Shown in pieces: positions 57,097 to 64,000 of a DNA stretch of 64,000 nt. A program made the translations under genes and the position numbers. Under the pieces are notes generated by a model. It saw nothing but the letters and a program-made list of their open reading frames with translations, was not told the origin of the DNA and made no database searches. The stretch comes from Alphaproteobacteria bacterium (lineage in GTDB: Bacteria; Pseudomonadota; Alphaproteobacteria; GCA-2731375), in contig CBDDPY010000002.1 in NCBI GenBank assembly GCA_965232515.1, positions 2,304,001 through 2,368,000 on the forward strand, read 5' to 3'. How positions within the stretch are numbered: position 1 is the stretch's first letter; the number at the start of each line of letters is the position of its first letter.

Positions 57097-58092
57097 TCAG
57101 CCGCCGACGTCGATTACCGTCCGCCCACGCACCTGGCCTTTCAGGATCTCGCCCGTGATCGCCGGCACCTCGGCCAGCGGCCGCACGTCGGTCATGGCGT
57201 CGAGCTTGTCGAGCGGCAGGTCCTTGGCGAGGCGCGCCCAGGCCGCGCCACGCTTCGGCTGCGGGCAATAGACGCTTTCGATGCCGTACAGCTTCACGCC
57301 GCGCAGGATGAACGGCATGACCGTCGTCGGCAGGTCGAAGCCGCCGGCGAGGCCGCAGGCGGCGACCGTGCCGCCGTATTTCGTCGCGGCCAGCACGTTC
57401 CCCAGCACCTGGCTGCCGACCGTATCGATACCGCCGGCCCAGCGCTCGCCCGCCAATGGCCGGCCCTCGGCGCTCAGCTCCTCGCGCGGCACGATCGTGG
57501 CGGCGCCGAGGCCCTTGAGATACTCATGCAAGCTCTCGCGACCGGTCGAGGCGGCGACCTGATAGCCGAGCTTCGCCAGGATGGCCGTGGCGACACTGCC
57601 GACGCCGCCGCCGGCCCCGGTGACGACGATCTCGCCGTCGTCCGGGCCGATGCCCATCTCCTCCAGGGCCATGACGCTCAGCATCGCCGTGAAGCCCGCC
57701 GTGCCGATGGCCATGGTCTGCTGCAGGCTGAGGCCGTCCGGCCGTTTCACCAGCCAGGACGCTTTGGCGCGTGCCTTCTGAGAATAGCCGCCGGAATGCC
57801 GTTCGCCGACGCCCCAGCCGGTCAGCACGACCTCGTCGCCGGGCTGGAAATCGCCGCTGTCTGAGGCCTCGACGACGCCGGCATAGTCGATACCCGGCGC
57901 CATCGGCAGGCTGCGCATGATCTTCGACTTGTTGCCCTGGACCGCCAGGCCGTCCTTGTAGTTCACGGTCGAATACTTCACCGCGACCGTGACCTCGCCT
58001 TCGGGCAGGTCCGCGTCGCTGATGTCGGTCAGTTCGATGCCGACCTTGCCGTCCCGTTCCGTCGCCCAAATAGCTTTGAAGCTGCCGCTCAT
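57097..58092 (-). CDS. acuI: Acryloyl-CoA reductase (AcuI/YhdH, MDR family)
   Basis: YSTVNYKD, PGID, IGTAGFTA, TGAGGGVGS, VAACG, PFILRGV. Confidence 0.8.
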   Translation of the reverse strand: MSGSFKAIWATERDGKVGIELTDISDADLPEGEVTVAVKYSTVNYKDGLAVQGNKSKIMRSLPMAPGIDYAGVVEASDSGDFQPGDEVVLTGWGVGERHSGGYSQKARAKASWLVKRPDGLSLQQTMAIGTAGFTAMLSVMALEEMGIGPDDGEIVVTGAGGGVGSVATAILAKLGYQVAASTGRESLHEYLKGLGAATIVPREELSAEGRPLAGERWAGGIDTVGSQVLGNVLAATKYGGTVAACGLAGGFDLPTTVMPFILRGVKLYGIESVYCPQPKRGAAWARLAKDLPLDKLDAMTDVRPLAEVPAITGEILKGQVRGRTVIDVGG

Positions 58093-58121
58093 GTCATCTC
58101 CCAATCAACGATGCCGTCGGC

Positions 58122-59288
58122 TCAGCGCAGCGGCTCAAGAATGCTGACGTAGCTGGCGACCGCCGCGCCGCCCATGTTCATAACACCGGCGAGCTTGGCA
58201 TCCGGCACCTGCATGGCCTCGGCCTGGCCGCTGACCTGCATCGCGGCCATCACATGCATCGATACGCCGGTGGCGCCGATCGGATGGCCCTTGGCCTTCA
58301 GGCCGCCCGACGGATTGACCGGCAGCCGGCCGTCCTTGCGGGTCCAGCCTTCCAGGATCGCTTGCGCGCCCTTGCCCTTCTCGGTCAAGCCCATGGCCTC
58401 GTACTCGATCAGCTCGGCAATGGTGAAGCAGTCATGGGTCTCGACCAGGCTGAGGTCGCCGAGACCGAGCCCGGCCTGAGCGAAGGCCTTCTGCCAGGCG
58501 AGCTCCGGCCCCTCGAAGGCGATGATGTCGCGCCGGCTCATCGGCAGCAGGTCGTTGACATGCACGTTGGCGCGGAACGCCACCGCCCTGTTCATGCCGA
58601 GCGCCGTTTGCACATCGGTCAGCACCACGGCCGCCGCGCCGTCCGAGATCATCGAGCAGTCCGTGCGCTTCAGCGGGCCGGCGACGAACGGGTTCTTGTC
58701 GCTCTCCTCGCGGCAAAAATCGAAACCGACATCCTTTTGCATGTGGGCATAGGGATTGACCGACCCGTTCTTGTGGTTCTTGGCCGCGATATGGGCGAGC
58801 GCGTCGCGCTGATCGCCGTATTTCTGAAAATAGGATTCGGCGATACGGCCGAAGATGCCGGGGAACGACATGCCTGGCACGTTCTCCTCAGCCACGTAGG
58901 AGCATTTGATCAGCACGTCGCCGACATCGCGCGACGACATCGCCGTCATCTTCTCGACGCCGACGGCCAACACGAACCGCGCGCGCTTGGCCTCGATGGC
59001 GTTCAGGCCCTCGTAGATCGCGGCCGAACCCGTGGCGCAGGCATTCTCGACCCGGGTCGCCGGCTTGAAGCGCAGGGCGTCGTCGGCCTGCAGCACCAGG
59101 CTGGCGGCGAAGTCCTGCGGGTCCATGCCGCCGTTGAAGGTGCCGAGAAAGATCTCGTCCACGTCCTTCGGCTCGATGCCGGCGTCCGCGATGGCCTTGG
59201 CCGCGACGTCGACCACCAGGCTCTCGAGATCGCGATCCTCCAGCTTGCCGAAACGACTGTGGTTCCAGCCAACGATACAGGCGGTCAT
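58122..59288 (-). CDS. Thiolase (SCP-x-like acetyl-CoA acetyltransferase)
   Basis: VENACATGS, GVEKM, ETHDCF, KGHPIGATG. Confidence 0.9.
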   Translation of the reverse strand: MTACIVGWNHSRFGKLEDRDLESLVVDVAAKAIADAGIEPKDVDEIFLGTFNGGMDPQDFAASLVLQADDALRFKPATRVENACATGSAAIYEGLNAIEAKRARFVLAVGVEKMTAMSSRDVGDVLIKCSYVAEENVPGMSFPGIFGRIAESYFQKYGDQRDALAHIAAKNHKNGSVNPYAHMQKDVGFDFCREESDKNPFVAGPLKRTDCSMISDGAAAVVLTDVQTALGMNRAVAFRANVHVNDLLPMSRRDIIAFEGPELAWQKAFAQAGLGLGDLSLVETHDCFTIAELIEYEAMGLTEKGKGAQAILEGWTRKDGRLPVNPSGGLKAKGHPIGATGVSMHVMAAMQVSGQAEAMQVPDAKLAGVMNMGGAAVASYVSILEPLR

Positions 59289-59412
59289 GGCGTAGCTCCT
59301 TTGGCGGCCGGCCGACGCGGCGCGGCGGCATCGGCGGCGTGGCATTCTGTCTGGAAGGCTTTGTCATACATAGCGCATGCTACCGCAGTGCACAATAAAC
59401 CGGAGGAACGTC

Positions 59413-60180
59413 ATGCGTCTGGCCAGCAAATCCACGATCGTCACCGGCGCGGGCCGCGGTATCGGCGAAGGCATCGCGCTGCGTTTCGGCCGCGAGGGCG
59501 CGCTTGTCGCCTGCGCCGATCTCGACGGTGACGCCGCGAACAGGACCGCGGACGCGATCAACGAGGCCGGCGGTAAGGCCATCGCCAGCCGCGTCGACGT
59601 CGGCTCGGCCGACGACGCGGAACGCCTGACCGCGGAGACATTTGTCGCATTCGGTGGTGTCGACGCCATCGTCAACGTCGCCGGCATCGGTGGCCTTGCC
59701 GCCTTCCTCGACCTCGACGAGGCCGGCTTCGAGCGGATCATGCGGGTCAACGTCATGGGCACGTTCCTCTGTGCCCAGGCCGCGGCGCGCCAGATGGTCG
59801 CCCATGGCGGCGGCCGCATCGTCAACATTTCCTCGATCTCCGGCCAGCGCGCCGGCTGGGGCCGCACGGCCTACGGCACCTCGAAGGCCGCCGTGATCCA
59901 GCTCACCCGGCAGATGGCCATGGAGCTGGCGCCGCACAACATCACCGCCAACGCCATCGCGCCCGGACCGGTCGATACCGACCTGACCCGGGCCGACCAC
60001 ACGCCGGAGACGCGGGCTGCCTACAGCCGCATGGTGCCGCTCGGCCGCTACGGCAGGGTTGAGGAAATGACCGACGCCGCCGTCTTCCTCGCCAGCGACG
60101 AAAGCGCCTACATCACCGGCCATGTGCTCAACGTCGACGGCGGCTACATGGCCGCCGGCATCAAATTCGATGACTTATGA
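59413..60180 (+). CDS. Short-chain dehydrogenase/reductase
   Basis: TGAGRGIG, NISS, YGTSK, NAIAPG. Confidence 0.92.
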   Translation: MRLASKSTIVTGAGRGIGEGIALRFGREGALVACADLDGDAANRTADAINEAGGKAIASRVDVGSADDAERLTAETFVAFGGVDAIVNVAGIGGLAAFLDLDEAGFERIMRVNVMGTFLCAQAAARQMVAHGGGRIVNISSISGQRAGWGRTAYGTSKAAVIQLTRQMAMELAPHNITANAIAPGPVDTDLTRADHTPETRAAYSRMVPLGRYGRVEEMTDAAVFLASDESAYITGHVLNVDGGYMAAGIKFDDL

Positions 60181-60215
60181 ACCGGATGGACGTTGCAACG
60201 CCCATCGAACCAGTT

Positions 60216-60236
60216 TAATCTAGACAGTCTAGATTA
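60216..60236. promoter_or_regulatory. Perfect 10-1-10 palindrome, probable TA autoregulatory operator
   Basis: TAATCTAGAC-A-GTCTAGATTA immediately before the antitoxin RBS. Confidence 0.75.
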
Positions 60237-60251
60237 TTAAGGAGGTCTATC

Positions 60252-60497
60252 ATTACAGCTTGGAAATTGCAGGACGCGAAAAATCGGTTCAGCGAAGTGG
60301 TCGAACGCGCGCTCAACGAGGGACCGCAGATCGTGACGAGGCGTGGTGTTGAAACGGCAGTCGTCCTGTCAGCCGACGACTTCCATCGGTTGGCCGGCAG
60401 TAAGCCTGGATTCGTGGATTTCCTCCGTTCCGGACCGACGTTTGAAGACCTCGACCTCGAGCGCGATCAGTCGCCGCCACGGAATGTGGAGCTATGA
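60252..60497 (+). CDS. Phd/YefM family antitoxin (probable ATT start)
   Basis: WKLQDAKNRFSEVVERA..GPQIVTRRG..AVVLS; AAGGAGG lies 6 nt before ATT 60252. Confidence 0.85.
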   Translation: MTAWKLQDAKNRFSEVVERALNEGPQIVTRRGVETAVVLSADDFHRLAGSKPGFVDFLRSGPTFEDLDLERDQSPPRNVEL

Positions 60498-60910
60498 AGT
60501 ATTTGCTCGACACCAATGCAGTGTCGGAATTGAAACGGCCGCAACCAAACCCAGACGTCGTCGGCCGGATTCAGGCGTTAAGCCAAGATGATTGCTTCAT
60601 CAGCGTCTTGACAGTCGGCGAGATCACGCGCGGTGTCGAGAAGCTGCCGGTCAGTCAACGCAAATTGGACCTTGCCGCATGGCTGTCGGCGCTGACAACC
60701 GGCTTCGGCGATCGGATCCTCAACATCGATGCAGATGTCGCGCAAGCTTGGGGCCGCTGCTGTGCCAGATCCGAGTCGAACGGCATCAGCCTGCCAGCCG
60801 TAGACGGATTAATCGCGGCGACCGCGATTTGTCATGGACTTACCGTGGTCACGAGAGATGTCTTGCCCTTCCAAGCCGCAGGCTCACTCACGCTGAATCC
60901 ATGGGATTAG
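60494..60910 (+). CDS. vapC: VapC PIN-domain toxin
   Basis: YLLDTNAVSE, GEI..G, DGLIAATA..HGLTVVTRD; ATGA overlap with the antitoxin. Confidence 0.9.
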   Translation: MKYLLDTNAVSELKRPQPNPDVVGRIQALSQDDCFISVLTVGEITRGVEKLPVSQRKLDLAAWLSALTTGFGDRILNIDADVAQAWGRCCARSESNGISLPAVDGLIAATAICHGLTVVTRDVLPFQAAGSLTLNPWD

Positions 60911-61055
60911 CCCGTTTCGCCTCAAACGCCCCCAACAGCGTCGAGTCTTGTCGCTGTCAGCATTTGTCTCCATCTATGTTGACATGCTGCGTCGTGTCGG
61001 CTTGTCTTTGCGCGGTCGGGCAGCGAGTTGGGATTTATTGCGGAAGGAGAAGTCC

Positions 61056-61526
61056 GTGCTGATATCGCGATGCTTGCTGTTGGTTGCCGGGCTGGCGTTA
61101 GCCGGTTGCGGCAGCGCGCCCACCGATCGCGCCATCAGCGGTGGCGCCATCGGCGCCGCCGGCGGCACGGCCGTGGGCGCGGTGACCGGCCTGACGCTGC
61201 TGCAGGGCGCGGCCATCGGCGCCGTCGCTGGCGCCGCGACAGGCGTACTGACCGATCAAGGCACCATCAATCTCGGCGAGCCGGTCTGGCGCAAGTGGCC
61301 GAATGGCGGCGGCACCCAGACAAGCCACGCCGGCGCCTATTCGAACATGGTGGCCAGCACGCAATCCGGCCTCTCGCGACTGGGTTACGAGCCCGGCCCG
61401 AGCGACGGCGTGATCGGACCGAAGACGCAATCGGCGATCCGCGAATACCAGAACGACCATGGCCTGCCCGTCAACGGGCGTCCCTCGCCCGAGCTCGAGC
61501 GCCACATCCTCGCGCAATTGAATTAG
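61056..61526 (+). CDS. Glycine-zipper lipoprotein with a peptidoglycan-binding domain
   Basis: Lipobox LAGC, GGAIGAAGG zipper, LGYEPGPSDGVIGPKTQSAIREYQ. Confidence 0.85.
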   Translation: MLISRCLLLVAGLALAGCGSAPTDRAISGGAIGAAGGTAVGAVTGLTLLQGAAIGAVAGAATGVLTDQGTINLGEPVWRKWPNGGGTQTSHAGAYSNMVASTQSGLSRLGYEPGPSDGVIGPKTQSAIREYQNDHGLPVNGRPSPELERHILAQLN

Positions 61527-61567
61527 GCCGGCCGTCTCGAACCCGGCTCGCGGCGTCTGCGCAGCCA

Positions 61568-62329
61568 ATGGCGACGCGTTGGCTCGCCTGCCTGCTGCCG
61601 GCGCTGATCGTTGCCGCCTGCGCGTCGCCGCCAACAAGCCGGCCGACCTCGGATAGCAGCGGCACGCAGGTCGGCAAGCCCTACCGGGTCAACGGCGTAC
61701 GCTACGTGCCGAAGGCGCAGCCGGGCTACGACGCCACCGGCATCGCCTCGTGGTACGGCGGCAAATTCCATGGCCGGCGGACGGCGAGCGGCCAGCGCTA
61801 CGACATGAACGCGATGACGGCGGCGCATCGGACACTGCCGTTCGGCACCAAGGTACGGGTCACGAACCTCCGCAACGATCGGACCGTCGTCCTGACGATC
61901 AATGACCGCGGACCGTTCGCCCGCGGCCGGATCATCGACGTTTCGCGCCGGGCCGCCGAACGCCTGGGCTTCCGCAGCCGCGGCACCACCCGCGTCCGGG
62001 TCCGGATCGTCGGTGGCGAACCGAAGCTGAAATCGGCGGCGATCCGGTCCGCCGCGCCGCCGACACCACCCACGCCGGTTTTCCAGGACGCCCTGAATAG
62101 GGCGCTGGAGCGACCGCGGAACACCGAAACCGTTTGGCGCGATCCGGATACCGCGATCCACGGCGTCATCACGCCGCTGACCAAGCCGGCAGCCGGCAGC
62201 GAGCCGATCTGCCGCAACTACCGCCGTACCGCCGTCAATCGGGCGATCCGGACCACCTATCTCGGCCGGGCCTGCCGACAACCGGACGAGCGCTGGCAGA
62301 TCAGGCGGGAGAAGCAGGTCGACGGCTGA
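61568..62329 (+). CDS. rlpA: RlpA-like lipoprotein (DPBB lytic transglycosylase domain)
   Basis: Lipobox VAAC, GIASWYG, TAAHRTLP, INDRGPF, RIIDVS. Confidence 0.85.
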   Translation: MATRWLACLLPALIVAACASPPTSRPTSDSSGTQVGKPYRVNGVRYVPKAQPGYDATGIASWYGGKFHGRRTASGQRYDMNAMTAAHRTLPFGTKVRVTNLRNDRTVVLTINDRGPFARGRIIDVSRRAAERLGFRSRGTTRVRVRIVGGEPKLKSAAIRSAAPPTPPTPVFQDALNRALERPRNTETVWRDPDTAIHGVITPLTKPAAGSEPICRNYRRTAVNRAIRTTYLGRACRQPDERWQIRREKQVDG

Positions 62330-62332
62330 CGC

Positions 62333-63724
62333 TCAGTCGCCGCTCGCCGCACGCGCCGCGGCGGCCGACGTCGACGGCGCCGCAATCTCGTCCAACGCCA
62401 GATCCTTTAACGTGCGGGCACCGATGGCGCCCGCCCAGGCCGCGTCAAGCTCGGATATCAGCCCGTCGACCCCCGGTTCCGGCGACAGCTTCGGCGGCGC
62501 GCCGCTGGCCGAAGGATCGGTCAGCCGCACCGCGTCGAGCGCGACCTTCAGGTTGGTGTCCTCGAATGGCCGGCCGGGCACCAGTTCCGGCGGATCGGCA
62601 TCGGTGCGGGTCAACAGACCATGGTCGACCAGCGCGGCCAACACCTCGTCGACGGTCTCGATCGGTGCGTTCAGGCGCTGCGCCAGATGTTCCGATGTCC
62701 ATGGCGTCTCGCCGCGATAGTGATGCTGGCCGACGAGATGCAGGATCAGCAGCGCCAGCTGCTCGCGGTAACGGTTGGCCGGCCGAACGCTGTCGCCCCG
62801 TGACGTGACCAGTTCCGGCTTCTGGTGATAGCAGGCGACGCTGGCGCCCAGCAGCAGGACGAGCCAGCCGGCGTAGAGCCAGATCATGAAAATGATCAGC
62901 GTCGCGAACGCCGAATAGATCGCCGCGTAGTTCGTGGACGTGACCACGAAGGCGGCGAAAGCCCAGCCCAGCAGCTTCCACATGAAGCCGGCGACCAGCG
63001 CGCCGACGAAGGCCGACTGCACCCGCACCTTGGTGTTCGGCACGAACACGTAGATGAAGGTGAAGGCGGCGACCAGCAGCAGATAGGGCACGATCGTGCC
63101 AACGATGTTGAACAAGGTCCCCAGCGGTTCGATGGTGGCCAACCGTTCCACCACCGGCGCCGCCCGCAACGACGCCGACAAGCCGACCGACGCGAAGACC
63201 AGCACCGGCCCGATCAGGATCACGCTCAGATAGTCGCTGAAGCGCTTGGCGAACGAGCGGTGCTGGGTGACATGCCAGGAGAAATTGAAGGCCCGCTCGA
63301 TCTTCTGCATCAGCGTCACGACCGTGTAGACGAGCAGACCGAGGCCGACGGAACCCAGCACGCCGACCTTGGCGTTGTCGACGAACTCGATGATGCGCGC
63401 GCTGATCTCAACGCCCTTCTCGCCGAGCGGCGCCATCAGGTTGAGCAGCACGGGCTCGAGTTGATTGTGGACGCCGAAGCCTTTCAGGACCGAGAAGCTG
63501 ATCGCCAGCATCGGCACCAGAGAGAGCAGTGTCGTATAGACCAGTGACATGGCCTGAAGATTCAATTGGCCGTTCGCGAGATCGCGTCCGATGGCGACGC
63601 TGATTCGCATGCCGTGAACCAGCCAGCGCTTCCACGCCGGCACCGTCGCCGGATCTACGTTCCAGACCGTATTGTCGAAGCCGCGTTTCAAGTCTTGCGG
63701 CGCCGTGCGCAAATCGATCGCCAT
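62333..63724 (-). CDS. YihY/BrkB family membrane protein with a C-terminal HTH
   Basis: LVYTTLLSLVP, IERAFN..W, VPNTKV, W.Y..W.VLLLGA. Confidence 0.88.
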   Translation of the reverse strand: MAIDLRTAPQDLKRGFDNTVWNVDPATVPAWKRWLVHGMRISVAIGRDLANGQLNLQAMSLVYTTLLSLVPMLAISFSVLKGFGVHNQLEPVLLNLMAPLGEKGVEISARIIEFVDNAKVGVLGSVGLGLLVYTVVTLMQKIERAFNFSWHVTQHRSFAKRFSDYLSVILIGPVLVFASVGLSASLRAAPVVERLATIEPLGTLFNIVGTIVPYLLLVAAFTFIYVFVPNTKVRVQSAFVGALVAGFMWKLLGWAFAAFVVTSTNYAAIYSAFATLIIFMIWLYAGWLVLLLGASVACYHQKPELVTSRGDSVRPANRYREQLALLILHLVGQHHYRGETPWTSEHLAQRLNAPIETVDEVLAALVDHGLLTRTDADPPELVPGRPFEDTNLKVALDAVRLTDPSASGAPPKLSPEPGVDGLISELDAAWAGAIGARTLKDLALDEIAAPSTSAAAARAASGD

Positions 63725-64000
63725 ATCGGACCTACCTGGTCGGTTGACGCGGCCCCCTGACCCAACCTCCCCCTAAGGTTGCCACCGGACGGCGGAATGC
63801 AAAAGCGTTCCGTGCAGCGGCCGATCGCGGCGGCGATGGTGGTCCGTCCACGCAAATGTCGCACCGATCACGAAAATGACTCCGGTCGACGCCATCATGT
63901 CGTGGTTAGTTGTTCGTTGAACGTTCAGTCGGGACGTCGGCATGCTTGACGCCATCATTGCCGTGACCCTTCTGTGCGGGTTGCTGATCGTGGTCGCGCT

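Noticed and set aside
1-64000. Many long alternative-frame and antisense ORFs (e.g. 15463..17418, 36541..38655, 49135..51630, 53789..55486)
   Set aside because: Shadow ORFs expected at high GC; they are Arg/Ala/Gly-rich, lack motifs and overlap confident genes
1-64000. CRISPR array, tRNA, rRNA, prophage
   Set aside because: No regularly spaced repeats, cloverleaf or rRNA signatures, or phage genes recognised by eye
63773-64000. Short ORFs at the window end
   Set aside because: No motif support; a possible + strand gene starting near 63942 is truncated by the window edge

Overview
High-GC chromosomal window, most consistent with an alphaproteobacterium (opgGH, a ChvI-like regulator, a CtrA-type box, alphaproteobacterial REP-like doublet); the taxonomy is inferred. 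About 68 densely packed CDSs, mostly catabolic enzymes and transporters (LIV-type ABC, TRAP, hydantoinase/oxoprolinase A+B, ThDP enzyme, ALDH, FAD monooxygenase, AcuI), plus typA, an ECF sigma/anti-sigma pair and a Phd/VapC toxin-antitoxin module. No rRNA, tRNA or CRISPR array was recognised. Best leads: (1) a translationally coupled operon of a cytoplasmic SELENBP1-like (putative methanethiol oxidase) gene, a 2Fe-2S ferredoxin and a CoA-binding protein, divergent from an IclR regulator; (2) a tandem pair of an intact HD/PDE-like protein and a full-length paralogue lacking the metal ligands, plus a separate pseudo-cyclase and a pseudo-receiver regulator; (3) an IS30 element inserted into a REP-like arm, whose transposase takes its stop codon from the target; (4) a 271-bp multi-hairpin MITE-like element; (5) a probable ATT start codon on the antitoxin. 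Products were assigned by eye from motifs with no database searches. Many starts were moved from the ORF track using RBS or stop/start overlap evidence.
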